From assembly GCA_004431415.1 (NCBI GenBank), contig QPMI01000329.1, forward strand, positions 1 to 62,666: DNA of 62,666 nucleotides. Direction: 5' to 3'. Source of the DNA: Cyanophora paradoxa CCMP329. Taxonomy: Eukaryota; Plantae; Glaucophyta. Made by a program: the position numbers and the translations under genes. A model generated the notes under the pieces. The model was not told the origin of the DNA and ran no database searches. It was given only the letters and a program-made list of their open reading frames with translations. Of the stretch, positions 1 to 13,400 are shown one piece after another. The stretch's first letter is position 1. Each line of letters opens with the position of its first letter.

Positions 1-3000
1 CTAGAAAACTAACACCCTCCCTATCATGCAAACCTGCCAGAGTGCTCTGGCGAATCCCAGCGCTCCTTCCTGCTGTTTCGTGTGGGTGGGGACCCCTGTG
101 AGATTTCGGGGGCGATGGGGCAGCCCGAACCCAACCTCGAAACTAGAAAACTAACACCCTCCCTATCATGCAAACCTGCCAGAGTGCTCTGGCGAATCCC
201 AGCGCTCCCTGCCTGCTGTTTCGTGTGGGTGGGGACCCCTGTGAGATTTCGGGGGGCGATGGGGGCAGCCCCGAACCCAACCTCGAAACTAGAAAACTAA
301 CACCCTCCCTATCATGCAAACCTGCCAGAGTGCTCTGGCGAATCCCAGCGCTCCTGCCTGCTGTTTCGTGTGGGTGGGACCCTGTGAGATTTCGGGGGCG
401 ATGGGGCAGCCCGAACCCAACCTCGAAACTAGAAAACTAACACCCTCCCTATCATGCAAACCTGCCAGAGTGCTCTGGCGAATCCCAGCGCTCCCTGCCT
501 GCTGTTTCGTGTGGGTGGGGACCCCTGTGAGATTTCAGGGGGCGATCGGGGCAGCCCGAACCCAACCTCGAAACTAGAAAACTAACACCCCTCCCTATCA
601 TGCAAACCTGCCAGAGTGCTCTGGCGAATCCCAGCGCTCCCTGCCTGCTGTTTCGTGTGGGTGGGGACCCCTGTGAGATTTCGGGGGGCGATCGGGGCAG
701 CCCCGAACCCAACCTCGAAACTAGAAAACTAACACCCCTCCCTATCATGCAAACCTGCCAGAGTGCTCTGGCGAATCCCAGCGCTCCCTGCCTGCTGTTT
801 CGTGTGGGTGGGGACCCCTGTGAGATTTCGGGGGGCGATGGGGGCAGCCCCGAACCCAACCTCGAAACTAGAAAACTAACACCCCTCCCTATCATGCAAA
901 CCTGCCAGAGTGCTCTGGCGAATCCCAGCGCTCCCTGCCTGCTGTTTCGTGTGGGTGGGGACCCCTGTGAGATTTCAGGGGGCGATCGGGGCAGCCCCGA
1001 ACCCAACCTCGAAACTAGAAAACTAACACCCCTCCCTATCATGCAAACCTGCCAGAGTGCTCTGGCGAATCCCAGCGCTCCCTGCCTGCTGTTTCGTGTG
1101 GGTGGGGACCCCTGTGAGATTTCGGGGGCGATCGGGGCAGCCCGAACCCAACCTCGAAACTAGAAAACTAACACCCCTCCCTATCATGCAAACCTGCCAG
1201 AGTGCTCTGGCGAATCCCAGCGCTCCCTGCCTGCTGTTTCGTGTGGGTGGGGACCCCTGTGAGATTTCGGGGGGCGATGGGGGCAGCCCCGAACCCAACC
1301 TCGAAACTAGAAAACTAACACCCCTCCCTATCATGCAAACCTGCCAGAGTGCTCTGGCGAATCCCAGCGCTCCCTGCCTGCTGTTTCGTGTGGGTGGGGA
1401 CCCCTGTGAGATTTCGGGGGGCGATCGGGGCAGCCCCGAACCCAACCTCGAAACTAGAAAACTAACACCCCTCCCTATCATGCAAACCTGCCAGAGTGCT
1501 CTGGCGAATCCCAGCGCTCCCTGCCTGCTGTTTCGTGTGGGTGGGGACCCCTGTGAGATTTCGGGGGGCGATCGGGGCAGCCCCGAACCCAACCTCGAAA
1601 CTAGAAAACTAACACCCCTCCCTATCATGCAAACCTGCCAGAGTGCTCTGGCGAATCCCAGCGCTCCCTTCCTGCTGTTTCGTGTGGGTGGGGACCCCTG
1701 TGAGATTTCGGGGGGCGATCGGGGCAGCCCCGAACCCAACCTCGAAACTAGAAAACTAACACCCCCCTATCATGCAAACCTGCCAGAGTGCTCTGGCGAA
1801 TCCCAGCGCTCCCTTCCTGCTGTTTCGTGTGGGTGGGGACCCCTGTGAGATTTCGGGGGCGATCGGGGCAGCCCGAACCCAACCTCGAAACTAGAAAACT
1901 AACACCCCTCCCTATCATGCAAACCTGCCAGAGTGCTCTGGCGAATCCCAGCGCTCCCTGCCTGCTGTTTCGTGTGGGTGGGGACCCCTGTGAGATTTCG
2001 GGGGCGATTGGGGCAGCCCCGAACCCAACCTCGAAACTAGAAAACTAACACCCCTCCCTATCATGCAAACCTGCCAGAGTGCTCTGGCGAATCCCAGCGC
2101 TCCCTGCCTGCTGTTTTGTGTGGGTGGGGACCCTGTGAGATTACGGGGGCAATGGGGGCAGCCCCGAACCCAACCTCGAAACTAGAAAACTAACACCCCT
2201 CCCTATCATGCAAACCTGCCAGAGTGCTCTGGCGAATCCCAGCGCTCCCTGCCTGCTGTTTCGTGTGGGTGGGGACCCCTGTGAGATTTCAGGGGGCGAT
2301 CGGGGCAGCCCCAAACCCAACCTCGAAACTAGGAAACTAACACCCCTCCCTATCATGCAAACCTGCCAGAGTGCTCTGGCGAATCCCAGCGCTCCCTGCC
2401 TGCTGTTTGGTGTGGGTGGGGACCCCTGTGAGATTTCGGGGGGCGATGGGGGCAGCCCCGAACCCAACCTCGAAACTAGAAAACTAACACCCCTCCCTAT
2501 CATGCAAACCTGCCAGAGTGCTCTGGCGAATCCCAGCGCTCCCTGCCTGCTGTTTCGTGTGGGTGGGGACCCCTGTGAGATTTCGGGGGCGATCAGGGCA
2601 GCCCCAACCCAACCTCGAAACTAGAAAACTAACACCCCTCCCTATCATGCAAACCTGCCAGAGTGCTCTGGCGAATCCCAGCGCTCCCTTCCTGCTGTTT
2701 CGTGTGGGTGGGGACCCCTGTGAGATTTCGGGGGCGATCGGGGCAGCCCCGAACCCAACCTCGAAACTAGAAAACTAACACCCCTCCCTATCATGCAAAC
2801 CTGCCAGAGTGCTCTGGCGAATCCCAGCGCTCCTGCCTGCTGTTTCGTGTGGGTGGGGACCCCTGTGAGATTTCGGGGGGCGATGGGGGCAGCCCCGAAC
2901 CCAACCTCGAAACTAGAAAACTAACACCCCTCCCTATCATGCAAACCTGCCAGAGTGCTCTGGCGAATCCCAGCGCTCCCTGCCTGCTGTTTCGTGTGGG

Positions 3001-6000
3001 TGGGACCCCTGTGAGATTTCGGGGGCGATCGGGGCAGCCCCGAACCCAACCTCGAAACTAGAAAACTAACACCCTCCCTATCATGCAAACCTGCCAGAGT
3101 GCTCTGGCGAATCCCAGCGCTCCCTGCCTGCTGTTTCGTGTGGGTGGGGACCCCTGTGAGATTTCGGGGGGCGATCGGGGCAGCCCCGAACCCAACCTCG
3201 AAACTAGAAAACTAACACCCCTCCCTATCATGCAAACCTGCCAGAGTGCTCTGGCGAATCCCAGCGCTCCCTGCCTGCTGTTTGTGTGGGTGGGGACCCC
3301 TGTGAGATTTCGGGGGCGATGGGGGCAGCCCCGAACCCAACCTCGAAACTAGAAAACTAACACCCCTCCCTATCATGCAAACCTGCCAGAGTGCTCTGGC
3401 GAATCCCAGCGCTCCCTGCCTGCTGTTTCGTGTGGGTGGGGACCCCTGTGAGATTTCGGGGGCGATGGGGCAGCCCCAACCCAACCTCGAAACTAGAAAA
3501 CTAACACCCCTCCCTATCATGCAAACCTGCCAGAGTGCTCTGGCGAATTCCAGCGCTCCCTTCCTGCTGTTTGGTGTGGGTGGGGACCCCTGTGAGATTT
3601 CGGGGGCGATGGGGGCAGCCCCGAACCCAACCTCGAAACTAGAAAACTAACACCCCTCCCTATCATGCAAACCTGCCAGAGTGCTCTGGCGAATCCCAGC
3701 GCTCCCTGCCTGCTGTTTCGTGTGGGTGGGGACCCCTGTGAGATTTCGGGGGCGATGGGGGCAGCCCGAACCCAACCTCGAAACTAGAAAACTAACACCC
3801 CTCCCTATCATGCAAACCTGCCAGAGTGCTCTGGCGAATCCCAGCGCTCCCTTCCTGCTGTTTCGTGTGGGTGGGGACCCCTGTGAGATTTCGGGGGCGA
3901 TGGGGCAGCCCGAACCCAACCTCGAAACTAGAAAACTAACACCCCTCCCTATCATGCAAACCTGCCAGAGTGCTCTGGCGAATCCCAGCGCTCCCTGCCT
4001 GCTGTTTCGTGTGGGTGGGGACCCCTGTGAGATTTCGGGGGCGATGGGGCAGCCCCAACCCAACCTCGAAACTAGAAAACTAACACCCCTCCCTATCATG
4101 CAAACCTGCCAGAGTGCTCTGGCGAATCCCAGCGCTCCCTCCTGCTGTTTCGTGTGGGTGGGGACCCCTGTGAGATTTCGGGGGCATGGGGCAGCCCCGA
4201 ACCCAACCTCGAAACTAGAAAACTAACACCCCTCCCTATCATGCAAACCTGCCAGAGTGCTCTGGCGAATCCCAGCGCTCCCTGCCTGCTGTTTCGTGTG
4301 GGTGGGACCCCTGTGAGATTTCGGGGGCGATGGGGCAGCCCCAACCCAACCTCGAAACTAGAAAACTAACACCCCTCCCTATCATGCAAACCTGCCAGAG
4401 TGCTCTGGCGAATCCCAGCGCTCCCTCCTGCTGTTTCGTGTGGGTGGGGACCCCTGTGAGATTTGGGGGGCGATCGGGGCAGCCCCGAACCCAACCTCGA
4501 AACTAGAAAACTAACACCCCTCCCTATCATGCAAACCTGCCAGAGTGCTCTGGCGAATCCCAGCGCTCCCTGCCTGCTGTTTCGTGTGGGTGGGGACCCC
4601 TGTGAGATTTGGGGGGGCGATCGGGGCAGCCCCGAACCCAACCTCGAAACTAGAAAACTAACACCCCTCCCTATCATGCAAACCTGCCAGAGTGCTCTGG
4701 CGAATCCCAGCGCTCCCTGCCTGCTGTTTCGTGTGGGTGGGGACCCCTGTGAGATTTCGGGGGGCGATGGGGCAGCCCCGAACCCAACCTCGAAACTAGA
4801 AAACTAACACCCCTCCCCATCATGCAAACCTGCCAGAGTGCTCTGGCGAATCCCAGCGCTCCCTGCCTGCTGTTTGTGTGGGTGGGACCCCTGTGAGATT
4901 TCGGGGGCGATGGGGCAGCCCCAACCCAACCTCGAAACTAGAAAACTAACACCCCTCCCTATCATGCAAACCTGCCAGAGTGCTCTGGCGAATCCCAGCG
5001 CTCCCTCCTGCTGTTTCGTGTGGGTGGGGACCCCTGTGAGATTTCGGGGGCGATGGGGCAGCCCCAACCCAACCTCGAAACTAGAAAACTAACACCCCTC
5101 CCTATCATGCAAACCTGCCAGAGTGCTCTGGCGAATCCCAGCGCTCCCTGCCTGCTGTTTGTGTGGGTGGGGACCCCTGTGAGATTTCGGGGGCGATGGG
5201 GCAGCCCGAACCCAACCTCGAAACTAGAAAACTAACACCCCTCCCTATCATGCAAACCTGCCAGAGTGCTCTGGCGAATCCCAGCGCTCCCTTCCTGCTG
5301 TTTGGTGTGGGTGGGGACCCCTGTGAGATTTCGGGGGGCGATGGGGGCAGCCCCGAACCCAACCTCGAAACTAGAAAACTAACACCCCTCCCTATCATGC
5401 AAACCTGCCAGAGTGCTCTGGCGAATCCCAGCGCTCCCTGCCTGCTGTTTCGTGTGGGTGGGGACCCCTGTGAGATTTCGGGGGGCGATGGGGGCAGCCC
5501 CGAACCCAACCTCGAAACTAGAAAACTAACACCCCTCCCTATCATGCAAACCTGCCAGAGTGCTCTGGCGAATCCCAGCGCTCCCTGCCTGCTGTTTCGT
5601 GTGGTGGGGACCCCTGTGAGATTTCGGGGGCGATCGGGGCAGCCCCAAACCCAACCTCGAAACTAGAAAACTAACACCCCTCCCTATCATGCAAACCTGC
5701 CAGAGTGCTCTGGCGAATCCCAGCGCTCCCTGCCTGCTGTTTCGTGTGGGTGGGGACCCCTGTGAGATTTCGGGGGCAATCGGGGCAGCCCCGAACCCAA
5801 CCTCGAAACTAGAAAACTAACACCCCTCCCTATCATGCAAACCTGCCAGAGTGCTCTGGCGAATCCCAGCGCTCCCTGCCTGCTGTTTCGTGTGGGTGGG
5901 GACCCCTGTGAGATTTCGGGGGCATCGGGGCAGCCCCGAACCCAACCTCGAAACTAGAAAGCTAACACCCCTCCCTATCATGCAAACCTGCCAGAGTGCT

Positions 6001-8229
6001 CTGGCGAATCCCAGCGCTCCCTTCCTGCTGTTTGGTGTGGGTGGGGACCCCTGTGAGATTTCGGGGGCGATGGGGGCAGCCCCGAACCCAACCTCGAAAC
6101 TAGAAAACTAACACCCCTCCCTATCATGCAAACCTGCCAGAGTGCTCTGGCGAATCCCAGCGCTCCCTTCCTGCTGTTTGGTGTGGGTGGGGACCCCTGT
6201 GAGATTTCGGGGGCGATCGGGGCAGCCCCGAACCCAACCTGAAACTAGAAAACTAACACCCCTCCCTATCATGCAAACCTGCCAGAGTGCTCTGGCGAAT
6301 CCCAGCGCTCCCTGCCTGCTGTTTCGTGTGGGTGGGGACCCCTGTGAGATTTCGGGGGGCGATGGGGGCAGCCCCGAACCCAACCTCGAAACTAGAAAAC
6401 TAACACCCCTCCCTATCATGCAAACCTGCCAGAGTGCTCTGGCGAATCCCAGCGCTCCCTGCCTGCTGTTTCGTGTGGTGGGGACCCCTGTGAGATTTCG
6501 GGGGGCGATCGGGGCAGCCCCAACCCAACCTCGAAACTAGAAAACTAACACCCCTCCCTATCATGCAAACCTGCCAGAGTGCTCTGGCGAATCCCAGCGC
6601 TCCCTGCCTGCTGTTTCGTGTGGGTGGGGACCCCTGTGAATTTCGGGGGCAATGGGGCAGCCCCGACCCAACCTTGAAACTAGAAAACTAACACCCCTCC
6701 CTATCATGCAAACCTGCCAGAGTGCTCTGGCGAATCCCAGCGCTCCTTCCTGCTGTTTCGTGTGGGTGGGGACCCTGTGAAATTTCGGGGGCATCGGGGC
6801 AGCCCGACCCAACCTTGAAACTAGAAAACTAACACCCCTCCCTATCATGCAAACCTGCCAGAGTGCTCTGGCGAATCCCAGCGCCCCTGCCTGCTGTTTC
6901 GTGTGGGTGGGGACCCCTGTGAGATTTCGGGGGGCGATCGGGGCAGCCCCGAACCCAACCTCGAAACTAGAAAACTAACACCCCTCCCTATCATGCAAAC
7001 CTGCCAGAGTGCTCTGGCGAATCCCAGCGCTCCTTTCCTGCTGTTTCGTGTGGGTGGGGACCCCTGTGAGATTTCGGGGGGCATGGGGCAGCCCCGCACC
7101 CAACCTGAAACTAGAAAACTAACACCCCTCCCTATCATGCAAACTGCCAGAGTGCTCTGGCGAATCCCAGGCTCCCTGCCTGCTGTTTCTGTGGGTGGGG
7201 ACCCCTGTGAGATTTCGGGGGGCGATGGGGGCAGCCCCGAACCCAACCTCAAAACTAGAAAACTCACACCCCTCCCTATCATGCAAACCTGCCAGAGTGC
7301 TCTGGCGGATCCCAGCGCCCCCTGCCTGCTGTTTCGTGTGGGTGGGGACCCCTGTGAGATTTTGGGGGGCGATCGGGGCAGCCCCAAACCCAACCTCGAA
7401 ACTAGAAAACTAACACCCCTCCCTATCATGCAAACCTGCCAGAGTGCTCTGGCGAATCCCAGCGCCCCCTGCCTGCTGTTTCGTGTGGGTGGGGACCCCT
7501 GTGAAATTTCGGGGGGCAATCGGGGCAGCCCCGCACCCAACCTTGAAACTAGAAAACTAACACCCCTCCCTATCATGCAAACCTGCCAGAGTGCTCTGGC
7601 GAATCCCAGCGCTCCGTTCCTGCTGTTTCGTGTGGGTGGGGACCCCTGTGAGATTTCGGGGGGCGATCGGGGCAGCCCTGAACCCAACCTCGAAACTAGA
7701 AAACTAACACCCCTCCCTATCATGCAAACCTGCCAGAGTGCTCTGGCGGATCCCAGCGCTCCCTTCCTGCTGTTTCGTGTGGGTGGGGACCCCTGTGAGA
7801 TTTCAGGGGGCGATGGGGGCAGCCCGAACCCAACCCCGAAACTAGAAAACTAACACCCCTCCCTATCATGCAAACCTGCCAGAGTGCTCTGCCGAATCCC
7901 AGCGCTCCCTTCCTGCTGTTTTGTGTGGGTGGGGACCCCTGTGAGATTTCGGGGGGCGATGGGGGCAGCCCCGAACCCAACCTCAAAACTAGAAAATTCA
8001 CACCCCTCCCTATCATGCAAACCTGCCAGAGTGCTCTGGCAAATCCCAGCGCCCCCTGCCTGCTGTTTCGTGTGGGTGGGGACCCCTGTGAGATTTCAGG
8101 GGGCGATCGGGGCCACCCCGAACCCAACCCCGAAACTAGAAAACTAACACCCCTCCCTATCATGCAAACCTGCCAGAGTGCTCTGGCGGATCCCAGCCCT
8201 CCCTTCCTTCTGTTTCGTGTGGGTGGGGA
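1..8229 (+). repeat. 147-bp GC-rich satellite, homogeneous head-to-tail array (about 56 monomers)
   Basis: The unit ctagaaaactaacacccctccctatcatgcaaacctgccagagtgctctggcgaatcc...gaacccaacctcgaaa recurs continuously. The ORF track shows a 49-codon period (147 bp). Deviations are mostly 1-bp indels in G/C runs. Confidence 0.98.
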
Positions 8230-8538
8230 AGCTCAGCGTGGCGCCATGCCCCCAAAAAATAAAACCCAAATTCCCCCGATAATCCCGATAATAAACCGAT
8301 TCTTCCGAAAATCTCAGTAAGACTCAGTAATAGAATCGATAAAATCGAAATTTATCGTAATGTATCGATAGATTAACCCACGATCTATTTAATCTCGATA
8401 ATCCCGATAATCCCGATACTCACCCGAAAATCTCAGTAAGACTCAGTAAGACTATACGCGCAATACGCTTTTATTCATTGCATCGACAAAAACATGAAAT
8501 TCGCCGCCATGCCCCCGAAATTTTACATCGTTTCCCCC
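8230..8538 (+). repeat. Left terminal inverted repeat (309 bp)
   Basis: agctcagcgtggcgccatgcc...ttttacatcgtttccccc is the reverse complement of 19536-19844. It contains internal direct repeats (cccgataatcccgata; ccgaaaatctcagtaagactcagtaa twice). Confidence 0.96.
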
Positions 8539-8646
8539 CAAAAATACAAAGTGCTGCTTTGCATTTTATACAAAAAATACAAATAAGATACAAATATTTA
8601 TGCTATTTATGTATTAGCGTGCTTCAATTGCTACTTACGTAGGTGA

Positions 8647-9102
8647 TTACTCGAAGGGATCCTGAGAAGAGATCTCACGGACTTCGAGCTTGTCGAGCGG
8701 ATTGCCGTTAAGGGCGTTCAGCATCTTGTTGATACCGTCCAATTTAACAAAGTGTCCGAATTTGCGAATGTATTTGTGCGGGTTTGTCGGATTCTCACGC
8801 ATCGTGAGACGGGTCGCATTGGTGATGCGAAGGAACGCGATGTAATTCTTCAAATCTGCGGCGAACTTCTGATACTCCTGCGAATCCGGATTCGCGATAC
8901 GTTCCAAAAATTCGAGGTCTTCCGTCGTCTTTGAATGAGCTTCTTTGATAGCCGGCGGGATGTCACCCGCGCGAGCCTGAATTTGACCGAAGGCTCGGAA
9001 CATGAGTTCAATCATACCGTTATAATCTTCACGCTGCTTAGTCGGATCACTCATGATGGTCGCTGACATGCTACGAAGCTGGTCGATGGTGAGAGCCGCC
9101 AT
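8647..9102 (-). CDS. Hypothetical helical protein of the element (about 151 aa from MAALTIDQ; an upstream ATG at 9216 is possible)
   Basis: Open frame with protein-like composition. The track's N-terminal extension runs into the GCGCAACC repeats and is probably not real. No family recognised. Confidence 0.6.
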   Translation of the reverse strand: MAALTIDQLRSMSATIMSDPTKQREDYNGMIELMFRAFGQIQARAGDIPPAIKEAHSKTTEDLEFLERIANPDSQEYQKFAADLKNYIAFLRITNATRLTMRENPTNPHKYIRKFGHFVKLDGINKMLNALNGNPLDKLEVREISSQDPFE

Positions 9103-9230
9103 TGGTTCTTGATTTTGTTCGATTGGCTTAGCGACTTTCTGTTTTTTTGAAGCACGATATTGGCGATGATATAGTTTTCTATCGCGTTTTGGTGCGGTCT
9201 GAACGCCTTGCTCCATCTGCCCCGCCCCCC

Positions 9231-9350
9231 CGCAACCATTTTTTTGGTTGCGCAACCCTTTTTTTTGGTCGCGCAACCACCGCAACCTGGTCGCGCAACC
9301 ATCGCAACCTGGTCGCGCAACCACCGCAACCTGGTTGCGCAACCATTTTT
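9231..9350 (+). repeat. Subterminal (GC)GCAACC-based short repeats, left
   Basis: Tandem gcgcaaccaccgcaacctggtc-like units; inverted counterpart at 19411-19535. Confidence 0.85.
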
Positions 9351-10421
9351 TTAAGACCCCCCGCGCTTGGTCAACCCACTTCTCAGATTGTAGCGGCGCC
9401 TCACGACCTTGCTTCGGTTGGGTCTGATCCCTTCCTTCGCAACCAATCTATTCACTTTATTCGTTTTCTTTACGCGTTCGATGCGCTTTTGCGACGGAAT
9501 TCTTATAATTTCCTCCGCGTTCACTTTTTGCAACTCCTGCTTTTTAAAGCGCCTCGCTACCTCTTTCGGTGTCTCCCCATCGTTGTCCTCTAAAACTTTG
9601 AACCTGTTCCGGTCGGTTTTCCCCACCTTATAGACCTTCTGACTGAATTGCGCGCCTTCTTTTTCGAATGCGCCTCGCGGTTGCAAAACGCGAACAGTAT
9701 CACCCGGTTTGATTGTGTTCGGGTCGTTTGCCTTCACGTTATTGTTGTGAACTGTGTCGCGCATGTAAATAAAAAGTTGCTTGTCTTCACTTGCGTAAAC
9801 TGCGTTCGGCGAATCATTCTTCAATGCCGAATGTGGGCTACTGTTGTATACATCCACCACATCCCCCACTAAATCAATCCATTTCGTGGTTGCCTTGGAA
9901 GTCATAGCCTTCCTTAAATACTGCTTGAAGGTTCTCGTGAACCTATCGATTATCCCAAGTTTATCCCCCACACTTATGTGATCATCTTTCGCTAAATCTG
10001 TGTAAAGTGCTACACCATTTTCACTGCACCAATTTCGGTAGACTGCATTCGAAAATTCATTATCCCCTGATAATGCACTAACCTTACCTGCATCTCGTTT
10101 GAACCTATTTAAAATACTCGGAATCTCTTCATTGGTTCTAAAAGGAAACACAAATGCCTTTCTGCTGAGAATGTCTACAAAACTAATCAGTTTAAAATAA
10201 CCATTATTTGCTGTCTGATAACCTCGAAAGAACATGATGTCTACTTGAAATGAATTCGGTTTCGCGACAATTCGAAGGAACGATTTCGGCTTTTTCGGTT
10301 TCTTAAAGATCTGTTGGAGTTCCGAATTCTCAAATCGCTTTTTCAATTCTTTTTCATCAAATCGCACTTTTTCATTTATCAGTTTCTGACGATACTTTGA
10401 GTAAGAGAGGATCTGTTCCAT
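9351..10421 (-). CDS. Retroviral-like (rve) integrase, Polinton type
   Basis: Motifs FQVDIMF, FVDILSRKAF, SGDNEF, IIDRFTRTFK, WIDLVGDVVDVYNSSPHSAL..SPN and a C-terminal GDTVRV SH3-like part. The ATG at 10421-10419 overlaps the upstream stop (TAATG). Confidence 0.93.
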   Translation of the reverse strand: MEQILSYSKYRQKLINEKVRFDEKELKKRFENSELQQIFKKPKKPKSFLRIVAKPNSFQVDIMFFRGYQTANNGYFKLISFVDILSRKAFVFPFRTNEEIPSILNRFKRDAGKVSALSGDNEFSNAVYRNWCSENGVALYTDLAKDDHISVGDKLGIIDRFTRTFKQYLRKAMTSKATTKWIDLVGDVVDVYNSSPHSALKNDSPNAVYASEDKQLFIYMRDTVHNNNVKANDPNTIKPGDTVRVLQPRGAFEKEGAQFSQKVYKVGKTDRNRFKVLEDNDGETPKEVARRFKKQELQKVNAEEIIRIPSQKRIERVKKTNKVNRLVAKEGIRPNRSKVVRRRYNLRSGLTKRGGS

Positions 10422-13400
10422 TATTGCGCGGCGCAATTACACTTAATATGAGACAGGAAACAATTTTTAGTGATATGCGCCACTGCATTGTTCACTCGAT
10501 CCACTGAGATATCGGCGAAATCCAAAGCATCGTAGCACCGACCACAGTGACCGTATTGCTTGCCGTAGCGCTTCTTAATCCAATCCCAAGTGATGTAATC
10601 TTTGTCGTCATACAGTCTGTTCGCAATCCGGTCTTGATCCTTGTAAGTTGCGATTTTTTCGTTCCCGTCGCGCTTGTAAACTATCCAATCTGCATACTCG
10701 TAGCCATTGTGGTAAATCACAACATCACTTAGTCGCGTTGTTCTTGTCAATGCGACGTAAAGCCACTCCTTCGAAACAAAGGGCGCCCCCGCCTCAAACA
10801 CCACCACCCTGTTCCCTTCGCACCGAATCGTATCGCCCTGTATTACGTGACAAGTGTGAGCATACGAAAGAGCGAAATGTTTAACCGCATCAGATTCCAA
10901 CTTGATATGCTCACCGCTCGCAACATCCTCAATAACGAATTCCTTTTCGGAAAAGTTCACAATGTTGTAAGTGAATCCGTTGTGAATCGTGTAACCATTC
11001 TTGACCATGCGCGTCTTTGCGACGATCTTAACGCCGCTCGCGAAAATCGGCACATCTTCCCCGTAGTTCATTCTGTGAAGATTTAGATTCACTTCGGCGC
11101 CCTTCCTATTGGTGTAAACTATCGCGACGTCCGTTTTCTCCAAAGTATCAACCCTCTTGAATTGATACTTTTCGATCACATCAGATACACTCAATCCTTT
11201 CTCGAACAAGTCAGTGTGTATTTTCTCTACTGTTCTGCGATCTTCCACGCTTTCGTGTCGCTTGTTGACTTGTAGTAGCAACTCGTTCTCGAACAGTCGA
11301 TGTAGGATGTCCAAGTAGTATTCTTTCTGGTCTACCGTCATGTCCTGAATCGGTGGGTTCTGGAAGGGATCCCCCGTAGCTATGTAATCCTTGTCGGGGA
11401 ACTGCACACTCATGATGTGATCGAGAGCGGATAACTCGCCAATTTTGAACTGACAGATTTCATCGATTATGATGCAATCGTATTCGACTAATCCGGCTGA
11501 GTTGCCCCCGACGATCTCATCCATTGCGGATTCGTCAATTTTCAGGTGAAGCGCATCGTAGATTGTCTTTACGTTTTTCAAACCTTGTTCTTTCATCTCT
11601 TTCACGCGCTTGTTTGTCGGAACGATGAAAAGCGGGTTTTTGAATCGCTTGCCGTATTCAATTGTCATGTAAGTCTTTCCCACGCCCGGCACGACCCCAA
11701 GTAGAACCCACCGCTTTTGGGTTGCGAGGAGGTCACAGATAGCGAGGGTGTTGAACTCATCGGTTACGGTGTGGCGTTGAAACCCGAACTCCTGAATTTT
11801 AACGAAATCTTCCGATCGCTCAAACCTTCCGCATCGGATGCGCTTGTATTCCAAATCTTTCTTTTCGCCCACGAACTTCTTGTAGAAATTCCTGCATGGC
11901 TTCACACTGAATCGCCCGATATTCTCAAATGCATTTCGGTTAAAGTCTACGGATTCCATGGATCCGATTGCGTAGACACAATCCGTATTCATCGCGAGAG
12001 GATAGATTTGCAATTTTGCGAGTTCTATGCACTTCTCATACATGCACATGCGCATGAGTGAATACATGAGATTGTGGAACGGTAGAAATCCATCAATCAA
12101 TTGCTTTTCCGAAACCTGATTAACGTAGTAAACGTGGGGTTCTGTCATATCGCATTCACTCATAACGAATGTGGTGGGGTCGTAGGTTGTGGGGTCTTTC
12201 CCCAAAAAGTATATCTTCACTTCCCCGCCGTGTTGCTTCTGGAACTCAATCGCATCATCGCGCTTATTAAATACTGTCGTCTTCACCCTGCTATTTTTTT
12301 GCTTCCCAAGTTGACCCGTGTTTGAAACGAGAATCTGTTTCTTATCGGTCGATTCGAGATCGCTCTCTAATACTTGCTTGACTGTGTGACCCGCAAGGTT
12401 ACGAACCAATTTGTATGGCCGTAGAACCCCGGTAATGCGTATGTCGTCCTTTAAGTCGCTGTAATGTTTTTTTAGAACCAAACCGGGGATAACATTGTAG
12501 CGATCACTAACTATCATGCGCTTGTATCTATCATACGTGTTTGCCTCGAACTTGTTCCCGTTCTTGTCCTTCCGCTTGACGAAGTATTTTTCGTTCAGAG
12601 TCACGTAGTAGAAGCTGTATTCTTCGATTTCGTCCGCCGAAGCAATCGAGGCTTTTTTGAACACATCGAACTTGCTCAGAACCGGAACGAACTCAATCAG
12701 ATTCGCGATAATGTGAGGATACGCCTTACACATGTCGACCTCTTTGATGTCTTCGCTGTAATAGATCTCTTCGCGAATTTGTTCATCCAAGTCGAACAGT
12801 CCACGAAGTGCTGTTTGTGATCCGATTTTGAAGGCTGTTTGCGTTTGCTCATTATAGCAACTCTTGTTCGCGGAATTGATCAGAGTGCGATACATCGCCA
12901 AGTTCAGTTTCTCGAATTTTTCGCGATACTCAGCATTTCTGAACTGAATCTCGAAGGCTGTTTCTACTTCGGTGTCTGAACCTGGCGGGGTAATTACTAC
13001 ATCCTTGTCTTCGATCGTGAAGTGAATCTGAGTGATCTTTTTCATGGGCGAGATTGTTGCATGAACTTGATAATTGTGATTCACCACAAATTGTGTAAAC
13101 AATTCATCGAGCGGCGCCCCATAACAAATGCGAATCTTCGACTGATTTTTCAGAGTATCCGAATTCAGAATCTGGACGATCTCATCCGGATTCGAAGCGA
13201 ATTCTTTGTGTCTCCTTTGCTTGATGATCTTGTAACGAGATCCGAGCGAAAGCGTCGTATCTTTCGGCTTTGATCCGTTGAAAGATTGCGTTAGTGATTT
13301 CACATTGTGGTTGAGCAAATACATGTGTTCGTTTTCGATCTTAACGTATGCAACACAGGGAACAAGGTGTTTGTTTCGTGTTTTGGGGTGATAGGTCAAC

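Noticed and set aside
82-8320. Numerous ORFs with 49-aa repeats (MQTCQSALANP..., MIGRGVSFLV...), here and throughout the window
   Set aside because: They are translations of the 147-bp satellite on both strands, broken at random by indels, with no sign of coding constraint.
10421-11760. Helitron, suggested by the Pif1-like helicase
   Set aside because: No HUH Rep motifs were seen; the TIRs, 6-bp TSD, integrase and capsid genes indicate a Polinton-like element.
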